From Squalus acanthias (Eukaryota), in NCBI GenBank assembly GCA_030390025.1, contig CM059430.1, positions 137,144,001 through 137,208,000 of the forward strand: a stretch of DNA of 64,000 nt, given 5' to 3'. Of the stretch, positions 10,921 to 23,005 are shown piece after piece. Made by a program: the position numbers and the translations under genes. How positions within the stretch are numbered: the stretch's first letter is position 1; every line of letters begins with the position of its first letter. The notes beneath the pieces were generated by a model. That model was not told where the DNA came from, searched no databases, and was given only the letters and a program-made list of their open reading frames with translations.

Positions 10921-13044
10921 TCCTCATTCTTCAGGATTTCAGCTCATGAGCCTACAAGGTGGGCCGCCATTGAAGAGGTCTTCCTTCTCGCCGGCGCGGT
11001 CTCTGAAGATCCAGCGGGTCTCTGAGAAAGACCTCCAATATCGAGCTGTCCATGGCCCTTTGACCCCCATCCCCTCAGCGTCACTGGCATTGCAAGGGTT
11101 GGATGGAGGCGCTGCCTCTTATAGGGGCCCCGTGGAAGTTCACAGTGCATCCAGATTCCAACCTATTTCCCAGGCTCGCCATCACACTCGGCCAGAGTTA
11201 GGGCAGGAGTGTGCAGGAACAGGTGGGGAAATTTGGTCCCATGAATGTTCAAGCAGATAAGGAGATGTCCAATCACAATCTAATATGATTTCCATCAGTA
11301 ATAATTTATGTATAAAAAATATGAAAAGACACATTTTAAAAACTACCCCGGTGATGACACTCAGTGGGTTTCCAGGTGCAGGTCATTAGTGTTTTGAATA
11401 GAGTGATTGGGCAAACTAAAGCAAAGAATGTGTAAAACACATAGGAACGCTGTAATTTCCTCTCAGCTGGTCTTTGTGTATTAAAGTGGCAACGTTTATT
11501 CAACCCATCAGATTGTCATTGTTTAGCACCTTAACAAGAAGGGAAAACGCCTCATGATCCATAGAGAAAATGAATCCTCAACCGATTCAGATGTGTTGAA
11601 TGGAAACTTTGTAGTATTGTCACAAAAAATTCTCTCAGCAAGGTGCTTTTACTGACTTGGAAATCACAAGGGTTGTCCATGAGTTCATAGTCTGGAGAAT
11701 TGTTTATTTTTTTTGGATCAGGTGGCAAATCCTCCAACACAATTGCCAAGACGCAGCCCTGCAAAGAGATTATAGGGAGGGTCAAAGGCACATCCAACAC
11801 CTGTCGAACTTGGCAGGAGATCTGATAAAGGCTCAACGCTGGGAACAGAACTGAGCAAAAACTGGCTTTTAATCGTCACGCATGGAATTTTATGGGCTGC
11901 AGGACATCAAAGTGTTGACTTGATCAGTTGAAGTGGTGTTTGCCCCGAGAAAAGGCAGTGAATTCGCTCAGTGCCTTCCATCTTATGTAATGTTGTGCCG
12001 TGTAATTTAATGGCAGGAGAGTTTTGTTCGTGCTACGAGTTGGAAGACTGCGGTTGTTTTGGCTGATGAAGATTAATCTTGCGTGTTCCTGCACATGGGA
12101 GAGCGCTCCATGATGACTGTTGAAAGCACTCTTTGCCCTGGTAGTCTACATCGCCCAATTGCTGCCGAGCCCTCCCACTCTCTCTCAGTTCAATCTGCTG
12201 GTCCTTGGTTGGATAAGAGACCTTTCACCAGAGCACATGAACACTGCTGAGGTGAAGTAATGGGTGAAGACTCTATTGGTACACATTAGGCGCATGTATC
12301 ACAGCATTTTATCATCGTAGCCTTTGCCCATCTCTTTAACAGATGTTCCCAGCGAGCAGTAGAAAGTATTAGGAACAGTTGGTGAAGTAGTAGGAAAATG
12401 CCAAGCTTTACTACAAGTTGTTTATTGTATCTAACACTCATTATGCACAAGTCTGAGTTCCATTTCCTAGGGACTCAAGGTTGCTATGATGGGTCTGTAT
12501 GTACGCTCCGTATCTACCAGAGCAACGCATGGCTTTTCTGGCTGTGGCAATGAATTGAACGGCATGTTATTGAGATTGGCCCGGTTTATCTATCATAGGC
12601 CGCGCTCATGGCAAACGTGCCGAGTTTCCTCCTGCCAGTGGATCGGTGCTCGGGGAGTGAGGAGAGCCCACGACTCAGGGACTGGCGTCACCCCTCTGTC
12701 CCCTGGTAGTTCCTGGGGGGTCGGTAGAATCGAGGGTGGCTGGTAGGGAAATCCGATTTGCCAGGCCCCACCTCACCGCCATCATTTACAGGCAGTGGGG
12801 AGGGAGGAGCAAGATGGAGGTTGTTACGGCAATGTGGCGGTAAGCCTCACCGGCTGGTTTTCCCACTGCCTCTGTACCAGCCAATGTGGGGGCAGTGCAG
12901 CAGAGGTAAATCCAGGTCTACATCTCGCAGCTTTAAGGAACGTAGAACTCTGGCTACTGCCTGAGTTGTCTCATTCAGATGTTTGAAATGAGCCAATGGC
13001 AAAATAAAACTTCAGGGAAGCTGTGACCTGCAGACAACAACAAC

Positions 13045-13668
13045 AACAACGTGCATTTATATCACATGGTTAACATAGTAAAACGTCCCAAGGCGCTTCA
13101 CAGGAGCGTTAATCAAACGAAATTTGACACCGAGCCACATAAGGAGATATTAGGACAGATGACTAAAAGCTTGATGAAAGAGGTAGGTTTTGAGGTTTTA
13201 AGGTGGTGGTGAGCCGCCTTCTTGAACCACTGCAGTCTACGTGGTGAAGGTGCTCCCACAGTGCTGTTAAGGAGGGTGTTCCAGGATTTTGACCCAGCGA
13301 CGATGAAGGAATGGCGATATACTTCCAAGTCAGGATGGTGTGTGACGTGGAGGGGAACTTGGAGGTGGTGGTGTTCCCATGTGCTTGCTGCCCTTGGCCT
13401 TCTGGCTGGTAGAGGTCGCGGGTTTGGGAGGTGCTGCCGAAGAAGCCTTGGCGAGTTGCTGCAGTGCATCTTGTAGAGGGTACACACTGCAGCCACGGTG
13501 CGCCAGTGGTGGAGGGAGTGAATGTTTAAGGTGGTGGATGGGGTGCCAATCAAGCGGGTTGCTTTGTCCTGGATGGTGTCGAGCTTCTTGAGTGTTGTTG
13601 GAGCTGCATTCATCCAGGCAAGTGGAGAGTATTCCATCACACTCCTGACTTGTGCCTTGTAGATGGTG
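13045..13668 (-). mobile_element. CR1-clade LINE ORF2 C-terminal fragment joined to an L2 tail
   Basis: MEYSPLAW...KKLDTIQDKA...HSLHHWRTVAA peptide at 13200-13668, abutting an L2 3' end with (CAA)n at 13045-13200. Confidence 0.75.
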
Positions 13669-14056
13669 TATTTTCATTGGATTGGCTGCCCAGTTTGCGA
13701 GCTTAATTGGTTTTTTGGACAAGTGGTTCACCAACCCAGTTCCGACAACAGAAAATGAGTGTTAGAAACTGGTAGCCTGAGTGGTCAGGTGCGTTGCATT
13801 CCATATCTTTGCTGTTTCCCTACATGTTGGTAATTTAGGATGAGTCCCTGGGCATGATTCGATTGACACCCTACCCTGGACACTTGCCCTGTAGTGTAAG
13901 AGCTGGAATTCATTCCAGCAAAATAACAATGCAATTTCTTGAACATTATATCCATTCTGTTTAAGTGGCCACCTTAAACTATATGCATGTTTGGCAAATA
14001 TGATTACATTTGCTTTTGGCATTATGAGTTCTATGAATTAGAGGTTTAATTTAATG

Positions 14057-14532
14057 AAGCCAGAATGATACCCGGACTTCAAGGGTTAAATTATGAGGAG
14101 AGATTACACAAATTAGGGTTGTATTCCCTCGAATTTACAAGGTTAAGGGGTGATCTGATCGACGTTTTCAAGATACTGTATTAAGGGGGATAGATAGGGT
14201 AGATAGAGAGAAACTATTTCCACTGGTTGGGGATTCTAGGACTAGGGGCATAGTCTAAAAATTAGAGCCAGACCTTTCAGGAGTGAAATTAGGAAACACT
14301 TCTACACACAAAGGGTGGTAGAAGTTTGGAACTCTCTTCCGCAAATGGCAATTGATGCTAGATCAATTGTTAATTTTAAATCGGAGATTGATAGCTTTTT
14401 GTTAACCAAAGGTATTAAGGGATGCGGGGCAAAGGTGGGTATATGGAGTTAGGTCGCAGATCAGCCATGATCTCATTGAATGGTGGAACAGGCTCGAGGG
14501 GCTCAATGGCCTCCTCCTGTTCCTATGTTCCT
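14057..14532 (+). mobile_element. CR1 LINE 3' fragment
   Basis: Same subfamily as 22045 and 38413; tail gttcctatgttcct. Confidence 0.85.
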
Positions 14533-14825
14533 AATGCATTGCTGAGTGGAGTTACTCTAAATTCCCCAAACATAATCCTTCCCTATTATGCCTAAGCGAT
14601 CATATTTTAGAATTTTTTTGACGGAGCCTCACAGATGCTGGCTTTTATGTAGTCTTTGCTTCTGAAAAGGCACCGTGCTTTGCATGGTAATTAGCTTTCT
14701 TTACTAGCTCTGTTACAGACCGCTGATGCATCCTCGCCCATTAGCAGCGGCATGGCTTCTGCCCATTGCTGGGTTGTGCTATGTACAAGCACCAAGGTAG
14801 TTATGCGTCTGCGTGATGTCCTTTG

Positions 14826-15293
14826 CTGCTGTGTCAGGTGTCAGGCGAGGCTCAGTGGTTCGCTCTCTCGCCTCCAAGGCATAAGGTCATGGGTTCAAGA
14901 ACCCACTCCAGAGACTTGAGCACCAAATCTAGGCTGACACTGCAGTGCAGTACTGAGGGAGCCCGCTGCACTGTCGGAGGTGCCGTCTTTCAGATGAGAT
15001 GTTAAACCTCTCAGGTGGACGTAAAAGATTCTGTGGCATTATTCGATGGAAGAGCAGGGGATTATTTCCTGGTATCCTGGGGCCAATATTTATCCCACAA
15101 CCAACATCACTAAAAACAGATTATCTGGTCATTATCACATTGCTGTTTGTGGGACCTTGCTGTGTGCAAATTGGCTGCCACGTTTCCCTACATTACAACA
15201 GTGACTACACTCCAAAGACTACTTAATTGGCTGTAAAGTACTTTGGGACGTCCTGAGGTTGTGAAAGGCGCTATATAAATGCAAGTCTTTCTT
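14826..15293 (+). mobile_element. SacSINE1-like Deu SINE
   Basis: Head, Deu core and tail all present. Confidence 0.85.
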
Positions 15294-15377
15294 TGCTGTG
15301 TGCTGGCATTGGTTCCGTAATGGAATCTGCTAAGGGAAAAGATTCCTGTGGGATGATCAACAAAAAAATTATGCAGT

Positions 15378-15712
15378 GTTTTGATAGACTAAATAAGCAG
15401 AAACTGTTTCCACTGGCAGGAGTGTCAGTAACCAGAGGATGCAGATTTAAGATCATTGGTACAAAGTACCAGAGGCGAGATGAGGAGAATTTTTTTTTTA
15501 CGCGGCGAGTTGTTGTGATTTGGAATGCAATGCCTGAAAGGACGGTGGGAGCGGATTCAGTAGTAACTTTCAAAAGGGGAATTGGCTAAGTAATTGAAGG
15601 GGAGAAAATTGCTGGGCTTTGGGGAAAGAGCAGGGAGGAGTGGAACTAATTGGAGAGCTCTTTCAAAGAGCCGGCACAGGCACGATGGGCCGAATGGCCT
15701 CCTGCTGTGCTG
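15378..15712 (+). mobile_element. CR1 LINE 3' fragment
   Basis: NFFFTRRVVVIWNAMPERTV peptide and CR1 tail. Confidence 0.8.
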
Positions 15713-16754
15713 CAAGCTTGCTTAAGTGAAAAGTCTGCCCTGTAAAATAATATTTGCGGGGGAAAAAAAACCAATGATTGATGTTTTGAAATGAGTGGCG
15801 GGAAATAAAAGCCTAAAACAAGAGCAGTGCAGGGATGAAGAAGACAAGGCTTTATAATGGGGAAAATAACATGCATTATTGAACTGCTAGGAAAGCACAC
15901 TGGCTGTTGTCAGCTCTGAATAATGCCTATTTGTTAAACCTATTCAGTAACTCAGGCCTCCCGCTTTGGCAGTTAGTTTATCAGTCTTTTCATTCAAGAA
16001 GGCCCTTAAAATTAGTTTAATTGATTTGAGAGACCTGTAAGATGCCCCTTGGCTGTTGAATACATATCACTTTGCTTTATTTATCTTGAACTTTTTTTTC
16101 CCGCTTATAAATCCTGTTTTCTTAAGCAAGTGTCCAGAATACATGCAGGGAGGGCAGACTGTTAAGGTTTCTGTGCGGACTTTCCCTGGAGCGTTCCCCA
16201 CTCTCCTAATATATCAGCGTCTCTTCTGGTCTGTATCTGATGGGGGGCGCCAGTGATGGGTCGCGTCCTGAGGTAGAGATGCATTACCTGCGGTGGGGAG
16301 GATGGGGTTGGGCGGGGCGGGTGAGGAGCGGGGCGTAACATATACAAATTGTAGCATGGATTGAAGTAAGCCGATTTGGCCGAGGCCTCGGGAATGTCAT
16401 TGGGATAAGCAGTTGTTTGGAATGCAAAAAAACGATTGTTTTCACAGCTATTCCCGCCTCACCGTTTGCACTCACATTAACAAAAAATCATCACTGTTAT
16501 TTACGGATTTCCATGTAAATGGCTTAAAGTGGCACTAGCCCGTTGAAATGGACTATTTGAGAAATCATTCACTCAGTACTCTGCTAAACATTTATTAGAT
16601 CTTGTGGTGTGTCGTGATTGAAAAGGGATGCCTAATGACGTTTTCATGCCTTTGAAACCAAATCATGCAAACAGAAACTCATTCTGAGCAGCTATCTGTC
16701 TATTTATCCATCTATCTGTCTATCTGCCTATCATGTCTATATCTAAAACATGAC

Positions 16755-17124
16755 GGGGGCAATTTTGACTTTGTGCGATAGTGTAAAACGGGCAGCCCGT
16801 TGTACATCTCTCCCCATTGACGTCAACGGAAATAAAATCATTGATCATTGATCAGCCATGATCACATTGAATGGCGGAGCAGGCTCGAAGGGCCGAATGG
16901 CCTACTCCTGCTCCTGCTCCTATTTTTCTGTTTCTAAAAATGGGGAGAGAAGTAGAACGGGCTGCCGACTCGCTGTCGCCGTTTCCCACATTGCAACAGT
17001 GACCACACTTAAAAAGTACTTCATTGGCTGTGAAGCTCTTTGGGACATCCTGAGGTGAAAGGTGCTACATAAATGCAAGTCTTTCTTTCTCAACACTGTC
17101 GCACAAAGTCAAGATCTATCCCCC
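16755..17124. mobile_element. Palindromic MITE family C carrying nested CR1 and SINE tails
   Basis: Termini TTGACTTTGTGCGATAGTGT ... ACACTGTCGCACAAAGTCAA; second copy at 56503-57226. Confidence 0.65.
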
Positions 17125-17721
17125 TCGCCCCCCACCTTATAATGTTTGGAAGCTGATTTTGCCATTAAGTTTGTTCCTCGGTCTGGTGTAGTTTCATTGT
17201 GGCTCCATTAGGAGCTGCAGTGAATTGTGGCAGGGTAGGAAGCAGTGATAGTCTCCCAGCACGACTCCCCCCTCCGCCTTTCCGCCCCCACCCCCAGCCC
17301 TTCCATGCAGAATTCTAGACTTTGGGTGGATTCATGGAACTTCATCATTCTGTAACACTGCTTGAATTATTGGCGTTACAAAAAGGGTTGTGTAATCATA
17401 CAACAATGTCATTTGCTACTGATTGTGTGTCTCTGGTTAAAAATCTTCTCTTGTGTTAAAAGTTTATGCAAAAATTAAGGGGTGAAAGATCTCAGGTTCA
17501 GACTCAAGCCTGTGCAATGTCAGTCAGAGCCGGGCCTTTCAGGAGTGAAATTAGGAAACACTTCTACACGCAAAGGGTGGTAGAAATTTGGAACTCTCTT
17601 CCGCAAATGGCAATTGATGCTAGATCGATTGTTAATTTTAAATCGGAGATTGATAGATCTCTGTTAACCAAAGGTATTAAGGGATATGGACCAAAGGCGG
17701 GTTTATGGAGTTAGAGTCATA

Positions 17722-18614
17722 GGGGGAAAAATTCAGTCGCGCCCCGTTTGGGGCGCAAATATCGTCCGGGCGAAAAAATTAGCGCCTGGCGCTAATTATC
17801 GCCACTGACTGGAAACTTCACTTTTAACGCCCCGGGAGGTGAGTGGAGCGCTAAATCAGGCGCTGCACACCTGTCTTAAGGCGCAAAGGCCGAGGAGTGA
17901 GGCGCTAACTCAGAGCGCTGGCGAAGCTCATGTAATGTCAGTCAGCAATGGAACACACACACAATGGCACGGGCCAGTTCTTAAAGGGGATGGTTAATCT
18001 TGCTTTCCATCCACATCCTACTCATTGCAGCCTTGAATCTCGGCCTGGAGAGACTTGCACATCAAATGTGCTGGAAAGAACAATTGAGAGTACCAGGCAA
18101 AGAGCTCAGAGTGCAGCCCCCACAGTCTCTGCTAAATCAATACAAGGAATGGAAAATCAAAATGAACCTGCAAAGTGCTGCTCAGTACCCAAAACTCCTT
18201 CACACAACGTTGAATCTCTCCAGAAGTCTCTCTCGCTCTCTCTCAGAATGCATAGTTCAAAAATGGCACCAACAATAAAAGGCAGGAAGCGGTCACCTTT
18301 AAATAGCGCTTCCCCTTTCCCTTCATGACTGCAGAACGCTCCCCTCAACCTGTCGTTGCTAGCGTCAGGCGGTAAGGCAGGGGGCACCACTCAATATCTG
18401 CTCCGGGGCAATACCGGGGCGTTGCACACTCGAGTGACGTCATGATATTCCGGCGCAGGAGATCGTGTCGGTAGTGTTTAGCGCCGCCGCAAAATGTCTA
18501 GTTAATTTTGCGAGTGGCGCAAACTTCGCCGCGCCCGGGCGCTAGATGCTTTGCGCCCCATTAGCGCCCTCTTAAGGCGCTAATGGGAGGCGCAACCAAC
18601 TGAATTTTTCCCCC
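17722..18614 (-). mobile_element. CpG-rich Harbinger-type MITE family B
   Basis: TIR GGGGGAAAAATTCAG / CTGAATTTTTCCCCC, TSD ATA. Termini resemble family A in opposite orientation; the interior differs. Confidence 0.8.
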
Positions 18615-18700
18615 ATAGTGTCATAGTCATAGCCAGGCGCTAATTTTTTCGCCCGGACGATATTTGCGCCCCAAACGGGGCGCGACTGAATTTTTCCCCC

Positions 18701-19205
18701 ATAGAGTCATAACGGCACAGAAGGAGGCCATTCAGCCCATGGAATCTGTGCCGGCTCTCGGTAGAGCAATCCAGTCAGTCCCATTCCCCCGCTCTCTCCC
18801 CCGTAGCCCTGCAAGTTTATTTCCCTCAAGTGCCTATCCAGTCTCCTCTTGAAAACATTGCGTGTCTCCGCTTCCACCACTTCCGTCGGCAGCGAGTTCC
18901 AGGTCCTCACCACTCGCTGCGTAAAAAAGTTTTTCCTCACATCCCCCCTGTATCTCTTGCCCAAAATCTTAAATCTGTGTCCCCTAGTCCTTGTACCATC
19001 AACTCGTGGGGACAGCCTTTCCCTGTCTAGCCTATTCAAACCCGTCATAATCTTGTACACCTCTATCAAATCACCCCTCAACCTCCTTTGCTCTAATGAA
19101 AAGAAATCCAGCTTCTCCAACCTGTCCTTGTAGTTAAGATCCCCCATCCCCGGAACCATTCCGGTAAATCTCCTCTGCACCCTCTCAAGGGCCTTCACAT
19201 CCTTT
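18701..19205 (-). mobile_element. CR1 LINE 3' fragment
   Basis: Open reading frame KALERVQRRFT...LRGDLIEVYKI...KNFFTQRVV. Confidence 0.9.
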
Positions 19206-19285
19206 GTCGCAGATCAGCCATGATCTCATTGAATGGCGAAACAGGCTCGAGGGGCTCAATGGCCTCCTCCTGTTCCTATGTTCCT

Positions 19286-19472
19286 ATGATCTTGGCTGGG
19301 ATGGCAATAGGTGATGCCACAGTTGGCCTCAGCACCTCTGGGTTAGCAAGAAAGAATAAAATCAGGCTGCTCCTGGAGAATGCGTTGGGTGAGGACAGGT
19401 GTAGGGTCAGAAGTGATGACCCATGTGGTGGAATAGCAGAACACCGCTCATTGCTCCAGAAACTCCACATGT
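19286..19472 (+). mobile_element. LF-SINE-like fragment
   Basis: gttggcctcagcacctctgggttag...gggtgaggacagg resembles the recalled LF-SINE core. Confidence 0.6.
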
Positions 19473-19940
19473 TTTAGAGAAGCTCAACAACGGCCCTTGA
19501 AATGATATCGGCTTCCAGCTTCCTCAGGTCGCTGGAGTGGGACTCGAACCCACAACTTTCTGATTCAGCGGCGAGGGTGCTACCACTGAGCTACGGCTGA
19601 CACTAAAGAGCATTGAAGTCCATTTAAGAGAATTCGCATTAGTTCCGGTTAATTTGAGTCCCTTGATTCAGCGATTCCCTTCAGCAGAAAGATCTCCCGA
19701 TTGATTCATTTGGAGCGATGCAAACTTTTAAACATTAAGGCTCGGAGATTCTGCTAGGGCCGCAATTGGGAAAATGCGCTCAAAATGCGCTGGAAATTGC
19801 GTCGGCTTTGCCAACGTAAAACGTAAAACCTCCCATGAATCAGCAGCTTAATTCAACGTAATCGATTATTGTCTGGAACAGGGTCAATGAGGCCTCACGA
19901 TTACTGAATTAAACTAATTTACACTGAAAATGTGTTCGAA

Positions 19941-20400
19941 TCATAGAATCATTACAGCCATTCGGCCCGTCGAGCCCGTGCCGGCTCTCTGCAAGAGCAC
20001 TTCAGCTAGTCCCACTCCCCCGCCCTTTCCCCGTAGCCCTGCAAATTTTTTTTCCTTCAGGTATTTATCCAACTCCCTTTTGAAAGCCACGACTGAGTCT
20101 GCCTCCACCACCCTTTCAGGCAGTGCATTCCAGATCCTAACCACTCACTGCATAAAAAAGTTTTTCCTTATGTCGCCTTTGGTTCATCTGCCAATCGCCT
20201 TAAATCTGTGTCCTCTGGTTCTCGACCCTCCTGCCAATGGCAACAGTTTCTCTCTATCTACTCTGTCCAGACCCCTCATGATTTTGAACAGCTCTATCAA
20301 ATCTCCCCTCAACCTTCTCTGCTCCAAGGAGAACAAGCCCAGTTTCTCCAGTCCATCCACATAACTGAAGTCCCTCATCCCTGGAACCATTCTTGTAAAT
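19941..20400 (-). mobile_element. CR1 LINE 3' fragment, possibly nested in a degenerate TIR element (~19739-20862)
   Basis: LEQRRLRGDLIE and WNALPERVVEA peptides. Outer imperfect inverted ends GCTCGGAGATTC / GAATCTCGAGC. Confidence 0.75.
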
Positions 20401-21121
20401 CGTAAGAGATGTGATGGCTGGGAATCGAACCCGGGTCCATTTTGATTCGATTAATTCAAGTAATTGCTGCAGCTGAAGGAACAGGCCAATCAGTGGTTTC
20501 AATTGTGTGCTGGTCACCCGGCTCGTGTACCAACAGCAGATCATTTGACTGAATATGAACTCATTTAAACTGAGTTTGAAGTCATTTAAAGTAAGTGTGG
20601 CATCGGTATGAGAAACGGACCTGAGTGAGGCTTCAATTGACCGCTGGTCACTGCATCTGCAGCTCATTAACGATGGACTAATGTGACCACGGGTGCCTGT
20701 GCACCCAAACATCTGGGCGCAATGTGATGAGCACCGCCCGAACGGGCGCAACTGGCGGACAATCGCCACGCCGACCTGGGGGTGTGGCCAGTTTGGTGGG
20801 CGTGGTCTGCTTCGGGTGAATTGACTTTTGAACCAGTGTAAAAGACCGTGGAATCTCGAGCGTCGATGGCTATGGGCGTGACTCAGTTACATTTCAAATT
20901 CCGCACTCTTTTGGGCTATTTCAGTCGATTGACCCCAGATTGTGCTGATATCTCGGTGGACACCAAATAGTAACTCCAGACCTAAGTATTAAACACTGGA
21001 GAGCTAGAAAGCAGGCTGTAAAAAGGTATCAGAGAGCAGGATACAGAGACCGATTGAGGACCCTGCAAGCGAGCCAAAGAGTTCTTCAAAGAATCAGCCC
21101 CAGAAGAGCCGGATATGGCTT

Positions 21122-21585
21122 AGGAAAGAAAGACTTGGGTTTCTATACCATCTTTCACAACCTCAGGACGTCCCAAAGCATCTTACAGTCAATGAAATAC
21201 TTTTGAAATGTAATCACTGTTGTAATGTAACAAATGTGGCAGCCAGTTTGTGCACAGCAAGGTCCCACAAACAGCAATGAGATCCATGACCAGATAATCT
21301 GTTTTAGTGATGTTGGTTGAGGGGTAAATATTAGCCAGGACCAAGGGAGAACTCCCTTGAGCTTCTTCGATTAATGCCGTAGGATCTATTACGTCCACCT
21401 GAGAGGGGCAGATGGGGCCTCGGTTTAACGTCTCATCCAAAAGGCGGCACCTCCGACAGTGCAGCACTCCCTCAGCATCGCACTGGCGTGTCAGCCTGGA
21501 TTTTGTGCTCAAGTCTCTGGAGTGGGAGCTTGAGCGCACAACCTTCTGCCTCAGAGACAAGAGTGCGACCCACTGAGCCAAGGGT
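21122..21585 (-). mobile_element. SacSINE1-like Deu SINE
   Basis: Full head-core-tail on the minus strand. Confidence 0.85.
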
Positions 21586-22044
21586 GAAAGCAGTTCGGAA
21601 GTTTAGAGATACCTCTTCACAGAGTTTTACTAACCGCGATATAACAGGAATATTTCTGAATTTACGTTTGTTGCATTTGTTGAGCTGGGGGATAGCATGG
21701 TGCGAATGGCAATGATCTCTCTGGCTGCAATTGGCCAATAAGATCCCTCCATACTGCACTGAAGTGTCAACCTAGATTATGGGCTCAAGTCTCTGGAGTG
21801 GGACTCGAAACACTGAGCCAAGGCAGGCACTTAAAGAGAAAAGAATGCTGAAGACAGTGGAAAAATCCAAAGAATAATGCCAAAGAAATCTTATCCATGT
21901 AATGCTATGAAAACGCAAACTACAAACTAAATCCAAAGAGAAAAGAAATCTGGGAGTGAGTTTAAAGCGATTATCCAAACACATAGTTTAATTGATGCAA
22001 GAGCTTCATGCATTTTACAACATTCTCAGTACTGCTCAACTGGA

Positions 22045-23005
22045 ACATAGGTACAGGAGTGGGCCATTCAGCCCCTCGAGCCTGTTCCACCATTCAACGA
22101 GATCATGGTTGATCTGTGACCTAACTCCATATACCCGCCTTTGCCCCATATCCCTGAATACCTTTGGTTAACAAAAATCTATCAATCTCCAATTTAAAAT
22201 TAACAATTGATCTGGCATCAATTGCCGTTTGCGGAAGAGAGTTCCAAACTTCTACCACCCTTTGTATGTGGAAATGTTTGCTAATTTCACTCCTGAAAGG
22301 TCTGGCTCTAATTTTTAGAATATGCCCCCCTAGTCCGAGAATCCCCAACCAGCAGAAATAGTTTCTCTCTATCTACCCTATCTGTTCCCCTTTAATATCT
22401 TGAAAATTTCGCTCAGATCACCCCTTAACCTTCTAAATTCTAGGGAATACAACCCGAGTTTGTGTAATCTCTCCTCGTAACTTAACCCTTGAAGTCCGGG
22501 TATCATTCTAGTAAACCTACGCTGCACTCCCTCCAAGGCCAATATAGGTCCATTGCGGACCTGAACCCACGACCTTCGGACTCAGTCAACAACGAACATA
22601 AGAACATAAGAATTAGGAGCAGGTGTAGGCCATACAGCCCTTGAGTCTGCTCCGCCATTCAATAAGATCGTGGCTGATCTACTACCTCAACTCCACTTTC
22701 CCGCCCGATCCCCATATCCCTTGATTACCTTAGTGTCCAAAAATCTATCGATCTCCGTCTTGAATATACTCAATAACTGAGCATCCACAGCCCTCTGGAG
22801 TAGAGAATTCCAAAGATTCACCAACCTCTGAGTGAAGTACTTTCTCCTTATCTCAGTCCTAAATGGCCGACCCCTTATTCTGAGACTGTGACCCCCTAGT
22901 TCTAGACTCCCCAGCCAGGGGAAACATCCTCCCTGCATCTACCCTGTCAAGCCCTCTAAGTATTTCAATGAGGTCACCTCATTCTTCTAAACTCCAGAGA
23001 ATATA
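22045..23005 (-). mobile_element. Two CR1 LINE 3' fragments (22045-22545 and 22595-23005)
   Basis: QRVVEVWNSLP and QRLVNLWNSL peptides with CR1 tails. Confidence 0.85.

Noticed and set aside
10946-11260. 104-aa ORF in apparently unique sequence
   Set aside because: No recognisable domain or supporting splice structure; length is within chance expectation.
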